Assembly (NCBI GenBank): GCA_025558095.1
Contig: JAIVFI010000001.1
Location: forward strand, 806,001 to 870,000
Direction of reading: 5' to 3'
DNA length: 64,000 bases
Source of the DNA: Hyaloraphidium curvatum SAG 235-1
Taxonomy: Eukaryota; Fungi; Monoblepharomycota
Both the position numbers and the translations under genes were made by a program. Shown here one piece after another: positions 12,417-24,795 of this stretch (the stretch's first letter is position 1; every line of letters starts with the position of its first letter). The notes below the pieces were generated by a model. It was not told the origin of the DNA. It made no database searches and saw nothing but the letters and a program-made list of their open reading frames with translations.

Positions 12417-14639
12417 ATGAGCGATAGCCCGGGAGTGCCTAACGGGCACCACCGCGGGGCGGCCGGGGCGGCCGGGGCGGCGACCTTCGTGGGCAGCGGC
12501 GGCGGCGGACGCGGCCAGCCGGGGTCGCCCGAAGGCGGCACGCGCAGCAAGAGTATATCTCCGGGTGGCGGACTGCAGGGCATCTGGGCGCCGCAGGCCG
12601 ACGGTGGGTCTTTGCCGCCCGCGGTGGCGCACCCGACTGACGCGTTGCCGCTGCCCGCCGTGCTGCCTTCCCCGCCCGTGCTGCCACCGCAGACGACGAG
12701 GCCGCGTGGAGGGCGCAGGCCGCGCCGCGCCGCGCGTCGATCCCCTCGCTGGCGCCCGACGCCGCCGCGCCCGACGCCGCGCACGGACTGAGCCGCGCGC
12801 GCGCCACGTCGGTGCCCGCGCCGTACGCCGACATGGACGGCGACGCAGAGCCGCAGTGGGCGCGCGCCGTCGGCCCCGCGTGGAGGGGCGGCATGTGGGA
12901 CAAGGCGCGCGGGGCCCCGCAGCAGCAGCAGCCAGACGAGGCCGCGCCCGGCAGGCAGCAGCGCAGCCTGTCCTTCTCGCTCGGCACCTTCCGGCCCGAG
13001 GAGGACCCGCTGCCGGCTTCGTCGCGCACCGCCTCGGAGCTGATGCTGGGCTCGCCGGACGCGAGGCTGCGCGCCGCAGACGCCGCCTACCCCTACGGCC
13101 AGCGCAACCGCAGCAGGTCGCAGTCGTCGTCGGCAATCTTCGGCATCGACGAGGGCTACGACGCCTCGGAGGAGACCACCGTGCCGCTGCGCAGGGGCGA
13201 CGAGTCGCCCGGCTGGGCGGACGAGAGGCGCCCGCCGACCTCGCCGGCCTCGGCGCCGCAGCACCGCCGCTCGCTGTCCGTGACGCAGCAGGACTCGTGG
13301 GAGAAGGACTACCCGCCCACCACCATGCCGCTGGCATCGGGCGACGACGAGGGCACGCCGAACCGGAGGATGCAGCGCCGCTTCTCGCACTCGCCGCAGC
13401 TCTACTTTGACCACGCGGCCATGCCGAACCGGTGCGTCGGCCGATCCCCCCTCGCGCCCGCCTTGGCTCACTTTGTTCGCCCGGCAGACCCGGCGGCGAC
13501 GACGAGGAGCTCCCGCACTACGACGCCAACCGCCGGCGCCACTCGGTCGGCGCCCCGATGCTCTACGGCAACCTGGACGCCCCCCAGGACCTCTCCGACT
13601 CCTTCGCCGGCCTGCGCGTGGACGACGCGCCCCCCGTGCGCCCGTCGGTCGTCATGGGGACCTACTACGAGCAGGGCCCGCAGTACGCCGGGCAGCAGCA
13701 GCCGCTGTACCCCGAGGACATCAACGACTACTTCGAGAACCAGGAGCACCGCGCGCGCGCGTGGGTCGAGGGCACGCGCAACCTGCAGATGCAGCAGTAC
13801 TCGCAGCGCTGGCCCCTGTACGTGGTCGAGTTCAAGGCGGGGAGGAAGGACTTTTTCTTCGTGCCCGAGGGCGGCGGCGTGTCCCCGAAAAAGGGCGACT
13901 TTGTCGTGGTCGAGGCCGACAGGGGAAAGGACCTCGGCAAGGTGGTGCACGACTCGATCCGCTCCCAGGCCGAGCTGCAGGCCTACCAGCAGCTGCACCA
14001 CGCCAACTTCCTCGACAACCACGCCGGGAAGGAGGTGCACGCGAAAAAGATCTACAGGCTCGCGCAGCCCACGGAGCTGTCGATGCTGGGGTCCAAGATG
14101 GCGGACGAGGAAAAGGCCATGGCCATCTGCCAGGGCAAGGTCAGGTCCAAGCGGCTGCCGATGGAGGTCGTGGACGCCGAGTACCAGTGGTGGGCAGCAT
14201 CGCCTCCCCGTTCTCCGGTCCAGGATCCTCACACCGCCTCGCGTGTACCAGGGACCGCCGCAAGCTCACCTTCTACTTCGTCGCCGACCGCCGCATCGAC
14301 TTCCGCGAGCTCGTCCGGGACCTCTTCAAGATCTACAAGACCCGCATCTGGCTGTGCGCCTGCGGCGGGCAGGTCTCGCGCGACGGCGGCTCCGGCGACG
14401 ACGGCGGCGGCTCCCCGCAGCGCCCGCAGCGCGATTTCGCCCCGCGCGACTTCGCCCCGCGCGAGTACGCAGCCCCGCCGCCCGACTTCCCGCCCATGGT
14501 GCCCGTCGTGGTGCCGCCGTACGTCGTGGGGCCGCACTTCAGGCCCATGACGCTCGCTCCCGCCCCCATGGGCTACGTGGCGCCGATGCCGGCGGTGCCG
14601 TACCCAAGGGACGTGCGGGGCGTGGACGGGAGGCGGTGA
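12417..14639 (+). CDS. PSP1 C-terminal domain protein (Psp1/YLR177W-like), spliced
   Basis: LYVVEFKAGRKDFF, GDFVVVEADRGKDLGKV, MEVVDAEYQWDRRKLTFYFVADRRIDFRELVRDLFKIYKTRIW; long low-complexity N-terminus. Confidence 0.9.
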
Positions 14640-14989
14640 ACGCGTTGTGGGGCGGTGGAAAGCACGCTCGATCGGAACGGAACCAGTTTTGGACCTTGGA
14701 CAGCGTTGGAACCGGACGGGATGGGACTGCACCCGGCGCCCCGGATCGCCGATCGCCCTCTCTGGGCGTGCCGGCGGCCGGGTGCGCCGCTGTACATAGC
14801 ACGACACCGCTTGCCGACGCCACGCCGGCAGCATCTTTAGAACTCAGGCGGGGCCCGCAGAGCCCCGCGCTGGTCGCGGTAAGGGGACTCTGACGTCGAA
14901 AAACGAGAGCAGAAACTATAGCTTAGAAAACAAAAGGAAAGTTGTACATAGCGGTGGAATGGAAGGCCTTGGGCACTTCTTTTTGGCGC

Positions 14990-15791
14990 GCTGCATCACA
15001 GCTCTTCATCTCACGCAGTCCTGGCGCGCATCGTTTCGCGGCCCGATCTAGCGTACCCAGCTCTTCGACCTCTGCGTACGAAGGTTGCAGCCGGCTAAGC
15101 CGCCCCCGACTACTGATCGCCCGCGGTCCCCGCCCTTGACCCCTTCGTCGATTCCGCCTTCGCCGCGCTCGGTCCTTGGCCTGGCACTCCTTCGAGCAGT
15201 ATCTAACGTTTTTGCACCTCGCGCAGCGCTGATAAAATCTTTGCTCGGGTCCCCAGTGACGATCCTGCATCCCTGGCACACGCTTACCCTCAAAATCACA
15301 CCGTCCCCAGAGGCGGCTTGCACGTCGCGCTCCGCGATCTGGCGCGACGCGGCACGGCATTCGGGCTTCGCGTCCGGCTCGCACAGAACGTGGAAGAAGA
15401 GAGTAATGCCCTTGCACTCCTTGGACAAGGCGATGTTCTGCACCAGGGGAGCGAACTTGGTGCAGGGAAGGTTGCAGGCGGCGCAGCGGAGGACGCTAGC
15501 CAGAACTTTGAGCGTGCCGGACGAGTGAAGCTGCACGACGTCCCCGAGCGCTTCGTCGAGGGCATCCTGTCCGGCAAGACCGAGAAAGATCTGGCGCACA
15601 AGAAACAGGTCCACGTCGCCCGTCACGTGCTGTTGGAAGCTGTTGTGATCGTCCTTTCCGAGCCGGAAGCTGAGAACAACGTCTGTCTTGACCCTTTTGG
15701 CTTCCGCATCTTCTCGCGCTGCGATCGGGCTCGGAGATCCAGAGCGGCGTCGGGGCGTCCATCGCCTGCACAATCTTTCTCTGCGCCTCAA
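14990..15791 (-). pseudogene. Frameshifted MYND zinc-finger gene
   Basis: CQGC in one frame and RCARCKNVRYCSKECQAKD in another, shift at ~15232; conserved DW missing; upstream Cys motifs CAAC..C and LC..C. Confidence 0.65.
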
Positions 15792-15848
15792 ATTGGCAGC
15801 TCTGCCGACCGCACGCGGGCACCACGGTACAGGCCGACCGCGGAATCG

Positions 15849-16153
15849 TCAAAGGCAACCCAGTCGTTTCGTCTTTCGTGAACCAAACCCGCTACCGACG
15901 GCTCCCTCCAATTCAGCCTGCTTGCCACAGCGGACGCATTCGCGGCCGCGCGAAGCGAGGAGCGAGTGCAGGTACGAGGCGATGTCCAAAAGCGCGGGAT
16001 CCGTGTAGCCCAGGCCCGCCTTGTTGTCGTGAATAAAAGCTTCCAGCGTCTGCTCGGAAACGAAGAATATGCGGCTGCCGTGTTCGCCAAAAGACTGCAG
16101 CCGCCTGTCGTAAACGCGCAGAGCGACGCAGATGGGAACTAACACCTGCGCCA
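15849..16153 (-). pseudogene. Short gene fragment with CxxC (CVRCGKQA), possibly a truncated paralog of the adjacent MYND family
   Basis: ATG at 16153 followed by ~100 protein-like codons ending shortly after a CxxC; architecture resembles the N-terminal part of the neighbour. Confidence 0.35.
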
Positions 16154-16479
16154 TTTGTGGAGCGCTGTCGCGCGGGGCGGTAGGTCGCGGTCCAAGAGAA
16201 GTGCGAGGTACGGCAGCGAGATGTCCTGCGGCGGCGGCTGCGCTGCGCAGCAAGAGTTGATTGCCAACGGGAGGGGAACTCGGGGCACCGGGTCGCGGCG
16301 CCAAATGGTTCTGTTTGGGTCTGTCGTGTCTGTGCGTGACGCGGGCGGGGGCTGACGATGGGAACCGAAACACTGCAAAGCCGCCAGTGAGCTCCTTAGC
16401 GCGCGGCAGATGTTTGGTCTGAGGTTGTTGTCGTGGCCTGCGCGGTGCAATCGTGTCCTCCTGCTGCCTTAGCAAAGCG

Positions 16480-17400
16480 GCGTCGATTCTGTCCAAGCTT
16501 ACCCGGATGGCAACCCCGTCCTGCAAGCCGGCCGTGCACCGTCGCGAGGAGGCGTTGGCGGTCCTCGAGCTCGACGAGGCGCCAGTACGACACTGGGTAG
16601 CACAGAGCTGCGAGGAGGGCAGCATCCTCGCCGCAGAGGTGCCGTGGGGCAATGCAGCTGTTCCGGCAGCCGACAGCCCTTCATCGCGTCCAAATGATGA
16701 CGTGCGCTTCCAATAACCACCAAGAGTCATTAGACCGACGTCCTTCGCGGCACGGAACGTGTTGGTCTCGCATCGGGCGCGAGACTCCGATCGCTGGAGC
16801 GTGCGCGGCGATCCTCGCCTCAAGCACCAGCAGGGTGCCGGGGGCACCTGGTCAGCGGTCAACGTCGCTGCCGAGCGTGTCAGCGTGCCTCTCCTTCGAC
16901 GACAACACGCGAACGTACCTTCCGGACACGGGGTTGACGTTCTCGGGGTGCCGCGGCTTCCGGCTGCGGGCGCCAAACGCCAAACCTCCTTCGTCGGCGG
17001 AGCTGCCGTTCCGCGCGGGCTCGGGCCGGGATCGCGTGCCACTCGGCGGGACTTCGGACGCGTCGCCGATCGCGCAGGGGGCCGAAAGTGTCTTTTCCTC
17101 GTCTCGGGCTGGAAACCCGCTACAGGCTGCCTGGATCCGCATTCCTGCTCCTCTCAAGGCATGGATCGATGCAAGATTCTTCGGGCGCTTTTCAAAGTTT
17201 GCAGCCGCGGTCCCAAACATGCCGAGCCTGGCATCGACCCAAACCTCGCTTGCTCCGGGCGGCTCCGTTTTGAGACTCTAGCGATCTCCGATGCTGGGCG
17301 GCTGTCGTCGAGCGCCCTGGCCGCACCCGTCGCTTTCTCCGGCCCCGGAGCAGCTCCAAGGATTCCCAGTCGGGCCGTTGGCCACGCGGATCCGAACCGT
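16480..17400 (-). repeat. Repeat module A (left copy), inverted homolog of ~28370-29265
   Basis: e.g. 17088 gtgtcttttcctcgtctcgggctggaaacccgctacaggctgcctggatccgcattcctgctcct is the reverse complement of ~28597-28661; similarity continues through 16620-16810 vs 28925-29120. Confidence 0.9.
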
Positions 17401-17459
17401 TAAACTCGAGTGCTGATCTCGGTCTTCAACGACCTTGGAAAATGCCGCTGCTGTTTTTA

Positions 17460-17815
17460 GTTGAGATACCATTGCTGGAAGTAAGCCAGAACTCCGTGGG
17501 ACGTATTTGCGATCCGGAAGTGACTGGGCAATGGTCACAGCAAGCTCTGGGACAACAAGATGGATTACGGGCGTCTCTGCGCTACAGACGTTGTCGCATA
17601 GTGTGCCTTGTTGTCCTCCGGGACGGTCGGTAGCGTGTCACGAAGCCGTGGCGAGTTGGTGATTCGGGCCGGGTTTTGGCTGGCGGGACGGTGAACTGGA
17701 CCTGGCAGCGCAGCAGAGATTCCGATCCAGCTGTGCTCGCGCACCGTTGCGGAGCCTCACGGGGACGTTCGATAGCGTTGATTACGGAGCTGGATCTCTC
17801 TCCGTCGGCGAGGAG
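17460..17815 (-). repeat. Repeat module B plus extension (left copy)
   Basis: tagcgtgtcacgaagccgtggcgagttggtgattcgggccgggttttggctggcggg...cagcagagattccgatccagctgt is a near-identical reverse complement of 27028-27305 and 27328-27700. Confidence 0.92.
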
Positions 17816-17849
17816 TGCTCGCGGACAGCTTCCTCGAATCCGTCACCCA

Positions 17850-18870
17850 ATGCTAGGGCCTTTAAGGGGAAAATCTGCGATGTGGAACGAACGGGACGAT
17901 GCCGTGGAGGGTTTTGGATGGCAAGCGGATCGCGGGCTGCTTCTCTTTGTCTCTCGATCGGCGGGGCGGACGTTTGGCGCGGGCGGACTGGGCGGAGTCT
18001 CTTCGAGGCCGGGAAGGAGATTCGAGGTCTCGGCCCTTGCGGTTAGCTTCTTCCGGACCTGCTTCGAATCGGCGAGGCTGCGGTAACCGCGGCTCGTTCG
18101 CTGCCTGCGACGGAGCTCATCGAAGATGGGCCTTCGCCGCGCCTGGCTTTGAACGGCGCACGTTCTTTCGCCTGTCTGTCAGCACGGGCCCGTTTGCGTT
18201 GTTGCGCGATGTTTTGGACACCATCTGCTGGCCTACGTGGCTGCTCCCGATTGATCCGCTACCAGGTACGGCCTCTCCGCGGCGCGCTGGACCTGTGTTT
18301 GACACGCCGCAATTCAGGACCTTCATCCACCATATTCTGCTACTTTGAGCTGCTCTACGACGGCGCCTTTGCTTCTCGAGGCTCCCGCAGGCGTCGTCGT
18401 CCTCGTTGACTTGAGGCTTTGGCACCTCGGATCCGTCCTCCAATGCGTGGGCCTTTAAGGGGAGACCTGCGATGTGGAACCAACTGCACGATGCTTGTGA
18501 GGGGTTTGGGCGGCAAACGGACCGCCGGCTGCTTCTTTTCGTCTCGATCGGCGGGGCGGACGTTTGGCACGGACGGACTGGGCGGAGTCTCTTCGAGGCC
18601 GGGGAGGAGATTCGAGGTCTCGGCCCTTGCAGCCAGCTTTGTCTGGGTCTGTTTCATCTTGGCGAGGAGGCGGATACCACGGCATACTCGCGCCGTGCAG
18701 TTCAGCTCTGCGCAAGACGGGTTGGGACGGCTGCCAACGCTTCAGAAGCTGCTTAGGTTCATTAGCGCGGAATCTGCGATGTGATCCAACCGCACCATGT
18801 TTGTAAGGGCTTTGGGCGGCAACTGGACCGCCGGCTGCTTCCCTCCGTCTCAATAGGCGTGGCGGAAGCC
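17850..18870 (-). repeat. Repeat module C, three direct copies (~17850-18055, ~18443-18640, partial ~18770-18870)
   Basis: gatgtggaac...tctcgatcggcggggcggacgtttggc...ggactgggcggagtctcttcgaggccggg.aggagattcgaggtctcggcccttgc repeated; offsets ~592 and ~307 bp. Confidence 0.88.
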
Positions 18871-18939
18871 AGGCGCAGACCGACCGGCAGAAGTCAGGGC
18901 GGCGCCGACAACATAAGTTTCATCGCGGGGCAGGCGATC

Positions 18940-18986
18940 CCGTTCCGCGCTTGCAGTCTTTTGCCGTTCCGCGCTTGCATCTTTTG
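18940..18986. repeat. 24/23-bp tandem duplication
   Basis: ccgttccgcgcttgcagtcttttg followed by ccgttccgcgcttgcatcttttg. Confidence 0.85.
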
Positions 18987-19093
18987 CCGAATGGGCTGGA
19001 CGAAAGGACCTCGATGGTGTGGCTTTTGGCATTTTGTCTCATACACTGGGCAATACAACGTCGCACCGTCCTGAATCGCCCGGCGGATTTCGT

Positions 19094-19970
19094 TCATGAC
19101 AATGACTGCTCCAGGGGCCGAAGACCAACGTTGCCCTCCAGCAGGATAGGCGACGCTTCCAAAGGGCTCGATGGCGCCTCTGCCGCGAGCATTTCGCACA
19201 AAGTAGCCACCAACCACGCAACGGCATCCACAAGCGCGTTCTCTGTGAGCGGCGAGTTTCCGCCGACCGGCGGAACGTGGAGAAACAGCACAGGCACCGG
19301 CGTCGATCCCCGCACAGCAGCGGCGGCCGCAGCCGCTCTCGTGGAGGCGTGCAGAGTAAAGTCGCAGAGGTACCTTCCCGCATCCGAAGAAAGCGAGAGC
19401 TGCCAGGGAACGCCGCGAGGATGCCTCTCCATAACCCGCGCGGGAAGTGAGTTGTTGAGCGGAACAACGTCCACTATGGACAGGGCTTCGCCGCCCGGGC
19501 CCACCAAGTAGCAAGTGCCGTCGAGTGGGGCCTTGCCCTCGTTGTCCGGACGCGTGTATCCCGTACCATGCCCACGCGTTTCAAGACGAAGGAAATGATG
19601 CGGGAGCTGGTTGCTCGCTCCCATGTGGAGGTACAAGAGCGGAGGGAGACCGCCCAACAGGTCATTTTCGTGCATGCGCGGAATCATTTCGGCGATTGAC
19701 GTGTATACGACCGGGAGCAGGCGCGATTCGCAGACGACCGTGCGCTTGCCGCCTGATCGGTCCTCAAAGTTGAAGCAGCGGCCGTCCAAGCTCTTGGCGG
19801 CGACCCTGCAGATATAACCTGCTGTCAGAAAGCTCCCTTTGTGGTTGAACTTCGTGGAAGGCTTACCAGGATGGGTTCGTGGACCGGAAAGCTGTACCGA
19901 AAGGTTCAAAGCCAGACACGACGATTCTGTCCGTAGGCACTCCGGGATCCACGGTGGACAGGCTAGGCAT
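19094..19970 (-). CDS. Pyroglutamyl-peptidase I (peptidase C15), spliced
   Basis: IVVSGFEPFG..TNPSW, LPVVY, LHMG, LETRG (Glu), SSDAGRYLCDF (Cys), FLHVPP (His). Confidence 0.88.
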
Positions 19971-20123
19971 TGATGCGACTGGCGCTAGTGGCACGAGCGG
20001 TTCCGTCGATCCCATTTGGAGGCAAGGGTTGTGAAGCGAGAGCTCTGATCGGCGGACGGAGTAGCGTCCTCCTGCATTCCAAACCAGTCCTCCAGAAACG
20101 TTGCCAGCCGCTGCTACGCCGCG

Positions 20124-20548
20124 ATGCCGGTCGACGACCACCACCACTTCCCCGAGGTGCCGACGGTGGAGGAGGTTAACCCCTACGGTGCGGGATGCCG
20201 GCGCCGCGCGGACCGCAACGCCTGACGGCAGCGCCGCACGACCGCAGACCGCCAATCGGTGCTCGAGGCGCGCGACCAGTACTACCGCGAGACGATGGTG
20301 CGATGGGCCGAGATTGGCATCCTGCGCGACAAGATGAAGTGGTGCTACCGACGGGAAGGCCCCAACGCGCGGGAGAGCTGCAGGGAGCTTGTTCTCCAGT
20401 GGGTCTTCCGCGGACCCGGACCAGGACGGCAGTGTTTCTGACTGTTCTGTGCGTCGCAACGCTGTTCTTCGCGTCCAGGTACATCGAGTTCCTGAAGCAG
20501 GAGGGCGGCTGGGTGACGGCGTTCAAGGTCCCCGCACCAAAGAGTTGA
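20124..20548 (+). CDS. NDUFB10: Complex I accessory subunit NDUFB10 (12 kDa/PDSW), spliced
   Basis: LEARDQYYRETMVRWAEIGILRDKMKWCYRREGPNARESCRELVLQYIEFL. Confidence 0.85.
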
Positions 20549-20630
20549 GAAGACGTGTACTCTCGCACTCCCGACGGATCTGGGGGCAACACGAGCTCAA
20601 TGGCTTATCTATCGGCCGCCACACGGGCTC

Positions 20631-21804
20631 CTAGTTTGCGCCGAACTTGAAGACCTGGTTCCCGGAGTAGCCCAGGGCACCCAGCGCACCCCCGACGGAT
20701 CCTTGGGAGCCATCGCGAGCTAGAGGACCGGAAATGGCGCTGAGCATGCTGTGAGGCGGTCGTTCGGTGTCAGCGAGAATCGGAGGGGCTCCTGAGGGAA
20801 ACGCACGGTTCCGGGCCGCAGACAAAGACCAGGACGTCTTCTTTCGGTGCAGGAAGCACGCCTTGGAGGATCCTCGCGTCGACGTAGCCTCGTCCGCCGT
20901 TCCACCCCTGTGGCGCTTCGTCCAGCACATAGTGGACCGAAAAGCGATCCCCGTGTCGCTGGGAAAGGGAATCCAGCTCCGAGCGGAGCAAAATGTCCTC
21001 TTCCGTGCGGTTTGCGTAGACCAAGCGGATGGCGGTTCGGTCAAAAGGGTCAGACAGGATCCGGCGGAGAATCTGGAACATGGGTGTGATGCCGGTTCCT
21101 CCAGCAACCTGAGGCGATCTCGGATGAGCAAATACAGTCCCCTTAGCGAAAGCACGGACACCAACCATCCCGATTTCGCGGAAGGAGTTAGGCCGATAGG
21201 GGTAGGTCGTTATGGGTCCGCGCAGCTCCACCTTGTCCCCGACTTTTCGCGAGCAGAGCCACGGAGTCATGAACCCGCCGTCGTACCGCTTCACCAGCAG
21301 CTCAATGTAGTCCGACGTGACCTCCGTCGGCGTGTAGGGCCGCTGAATCTGCATCTCCGGGTTCTTCGCCGAGAGGTGGAAGCAGGGTGGAATGTCGAGG
21401 ACCACCGCCCCGGTCTGGCCCTTCTGCGCCGTCAAGTCCTGGCGCGGGATATGGGCAAACCGCAGCCGCCACGTGTCCCGGCTGACGCGGTCCTTCGCCA
21501 CGATCTGGAATGGCACGTAGCGGTCAGGGTCGAGGATCGGTGGTGGCTCGTGGAGGTACAGGTAGTGGTACGCGTCGAATGCGACGAGCGCGGCCCCAGA
21601 GGCGACGATCACCGCCATCGCACGCGACGAGAGCGGCGGGATAGGCCGCTTGCGGGCAGGAGGCGTGAAGGACGCGGACCGCGTCCTGGGCGCCCGAAAG
21701 GGCGGGATCCCCGCTGCCGGCCCGAAAGGCAATGCAGTTTTGCCAGAAAATGTCCTCGCATAGAGCGGCAGAGCCAAACGACTTCGGACCGCTGCCGTCG
21801 CCAT
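20631..21804 (-). CDS. NADH-cytochrome b5 reductase family flavoprotein (Mcr1/Cyc2-like), spliced
   Basis: QRPYTPT, LLVKRYDGGFMT, ELRGP, AGGTGITPMFQ, LVYANRTEEDILLR, VFVCGP, GYSGNQVFKF. Confidence 0.92.
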
Positions 21805-21881
21805 GTGGTTGGTTGTTGATCTTGCGAACTGTTGCTGACCCGACCTCTGGTGCCGAATCTCTGCTCACGCAGACAGCCAAC

Positions 21882-23667
21882 ATGCTCGCGTCCGACCCGC
21901 CGGCGGCTCCCGCCTCTCCCGGCGCCTTGGACGGCGCGCGCCCGCCGACGCCCGCCGCGGAGATCGAGGAACTGCGCAGGTGCCCGGCTTGCTTGCTACC
22001 CCCGTCCCCTTCCGACGCCCGGCCCGCAGCATGCTCGAGCAGTTCCGCAACGCGCCGTTCTTTTTCGAGGCAATGAAGCAGGACTATCTGGAGAAGTTCG
22101 CGCCGGACGACGGGTTGCCGGAGGAGGAGCGGGCGGTGCGGGAGATGCTGCTTGAAGAACCGCGGAACGTCGCCGTGCAGCTCGGTTACCAGAAGGTCCG
22201 GCCTTCCGCTCGCCCTCGGACCTTCGAAAGTGTCTTTGCGTGACACGTCGGTTTCCGTAGGAGCTCTTCAGCAAGCTCAAGGGCTCGTGGCTCCACCACG
22301 AGACGCTCGAGAAGTTCCTGCGCCGGATCCTGGATCTGAATCCCCAGTTTTCCACCTCTGCCGAGGTTGCGGAGCTTGAGGCCCGGGTCGAAGGGCACAA
22401 GAAGCAGCTCCGATCAAAGAAACGTGCGGCCGACGGTCTCAAGGCCGAGGTCGCAGACCTTGCGGACCGCGTCGTTGAAGGCCACGGACGGCTCGCTGCG
22501 GAGCTGGAGGCTGTGGAGGAAACGCTCGCCAAGATTGACAACGCCGAGCAAGCGCTCGTGGACCACGAGAAGGTCATGGAGGACGAGAGGGCGACAAATG
22601 TGGGTCGAACATTGTGCGCAGTCGTGGGAATCGCTTATTTGTGGGGCACCAGGATGCAACCATAGCCGATGCTCGTGCCCTACTGGCTGAGTTGACGTCG
22701 GTGTCGGACGCCATCAAGTCCGAGGCGGACGAATGGCGGGCAAAGATAGCGGCCATCGAAGCGGACAACGACCGGCTGAACGGGGAGATCGCGGACCTGA
22801 AAGGGGCGCGGGACCGTGCCTTTGCCGAAGTGGACGAAGCGGAGCGTATCGCAATGAGGAAGGACCTGCGGCTGGAGGAATATGGCGAATGGTGGGTCTC
22901 GCACTGCGCACCGCTCGCCCACTTCTCCTAATTCCATGTCGCCGAAAGGCTCAAGGCCCAGCAACCCCTGCTCAACAACCTTCTCGGCGTGGAATCCACG
23001 ACCGTGCTCCCGCCGTCCGACCTCGAAATCCGCTTCCGGCCCCTGCCGCCGAACGACGACGGGACGATCTTCACCCTCCGCGTGCTTGTAAACGAGCACT
23101 CGGCCGATCGGGTGGTGGACGTCGAGGTTGCGGGATGCCCGGAGGGATACGACGACATCTTGGACCGTGCCAACGAGCATGTGTGTGCCGCTTCGACGGT
23201 CGTGCGCGGACGAAGGCTGGAGGAGAGGCTGCCACTCTGCGTCCGTGACGTCATTCGAAGGACGCGGGGCTGGCATGCCAAGGGAAAAGAACTCGCGTCG
23301 CTGCGGGCTTCGGGGCGGTGGGTGCCTGCCAAAGCGTCGTCTTATGTCAGCGCCCTGATCCACCAGCTCCTTAGCTACGATATTGCCGAGCTTGATCTTC
23401 GTCGGGTCGCCGTCACCTTCCGCAACGGGAGCCAATTCCTCCTGTCGACGGATGCCGATTATCCTCGCGGTCCGGGGATGATCGACCTCGTCGAAGTCCG
23501 GAAAGCGGACGGCAAGATGGACCTTCCGATGCTCAAGGAGCTGAAGGTTCGCATTCACGGCTGCCGACGTCGGTTGCCGCTCTGACGATTCTTTCCAGGG
23601 GAAAATGGCGGAGCTGAAGATCGAGACAATCACGCAGGCGCTGGCTGAGCTCGGTTTGAGCCGGTGA
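21882..23667 (+). CDS. Kinetochore protein Sos7/Kre28 (Zwint)-like, spliced
   Basis: KELFSKLKGSWLHHETLEKFLRRIL resembles the Sos7/Kre28 LFSKLKFxYxExxTKEKFL motif; followed by coiled coil and a C-terminal globular domain. Confidence 0.62.
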
Positions 23668-23836
23668 CTGTTGCCTTCCTGTACCTAACGTGCTATTTCG
23701 CTTCCATGAATGCGTACGAACCGTGGAGTCAGTAGAGTCGAACCAGTCGTTATGAAAATAGCAACTCTATAGGCACAGGCCACCCGACCAAGAGGGCACT
23801 ACCAAACAGCCATCGCCCTACAGCTCCCCATTCGCC

Positions 23837-24482
23837 TCAGTACGCCGAGTGCGGCGCAAAAGCGTTGATGTGGATCTGGCAAAGTCGTCAGCGTGGGCTG
23901 CCGAGCAGTTAAACTCATTTCCCACCTCCGGGTTGACCTTGATGATCTGCGCCATGATCTTGTCCAGCACCATGCCCTTGTTCTTGGCGAACGTCTCCTC
24001 GATGGTCTTCAGCTGCACGTCCGTTTCCGCCGTCACTTTCGACACGCCCTCGTCCGACGACCCGGCATACTTGGGCAGGGCGGTGAGTCGCTTGGCGGAA
24101 TCTGCCAGCCTTGGGAAAGCTCACCTGCTTCTCAAACTCGGCAAACTCCGACTGCTTCTGGGCCTTCAGCGCCTCGATGTCCTTGGCCGCCTCCGTTCGG
24201 GCGTCCTTTAGCCTCTGCACGCGGTCTGCGATCAGGGACGTCCGTCAAGCCTCGTCCTGCGGTCCACCGCGCGCGATTGCGCTACGTACACTGCCGGGCC
24301 TTCTGCACGATCTTGGCGGCCTCTTTCTCCGCCTCGAGGAGGGTCTGGATCCCGGCGGCGGATTGGGCGGCCTGTGGCGCCCGCGGATTCCGGCGAAGTG
24401 CGGTGAGAACAATAGCGGGGCGGAGAGAGGGAAAGCGAAGGGCGGGGTAAGCTCCAGAGTCATCTCGCACGTTCCCGGCCAT
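23837..24482 (-). CDS. VMA10: V-type H+-ATPase subunit G, spliced (start codon uncertain)
   Basis: AAQSAAGIQTLLEAEKEAAKIVQKARQYRVQRLKDARTEAAKDIE..IIKVNPEIHINA. Confidence 0.93.
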
Positions 24483-24795
24483 CGCGTCCGTGCTAGCCCG
24501 CCCTGGGAAGCGATGCGCCGCGCGTGGCGCGGGTCCGCTTATCGCGAGCCTGGGGACCAGCATCGCGGCGACCGGGCTTGCGGGGGCGCTCCATGGCCTT
24601 CGAGCGAAGGTTCCAAAGCACAAAGAACACGAACCATCGGTGAGGAGCGGGTGGAAGGGGGGTTGAGGTGGTCAGGCGCCGCTGGGGGGTGAGGGGTTTC
24701 AAGAGCCCGAGAGGGACCGGCTTAGGGTAGGTTAGAAAAACACGCGCCGCCCGAGGCAAACTCGGACTCGGCTCTCGAGGCATCCGCGGAGGACC

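Noticed and set aside
10325-13471. Long minus-strand ORFs (530, 506, 457 aa)
   Set aside because: Arg/Ala/Pro-rich shadows of LRRC6 and PSP1 caused by stop-codon scarcity at high GC.
16154-18870. ORFs within repeat modules, including the upstream part of the 397-aa ORF 15849-17042
   Set aside because: Frames are not conserved between copies (indels, stops) and no transposase or other domain motif is recognisable.
24722-24735. ttagggtaggttag as a telomere-like repeat
   Set aside because: Only one TTAGGG unit in a promoter region; expected by chance.
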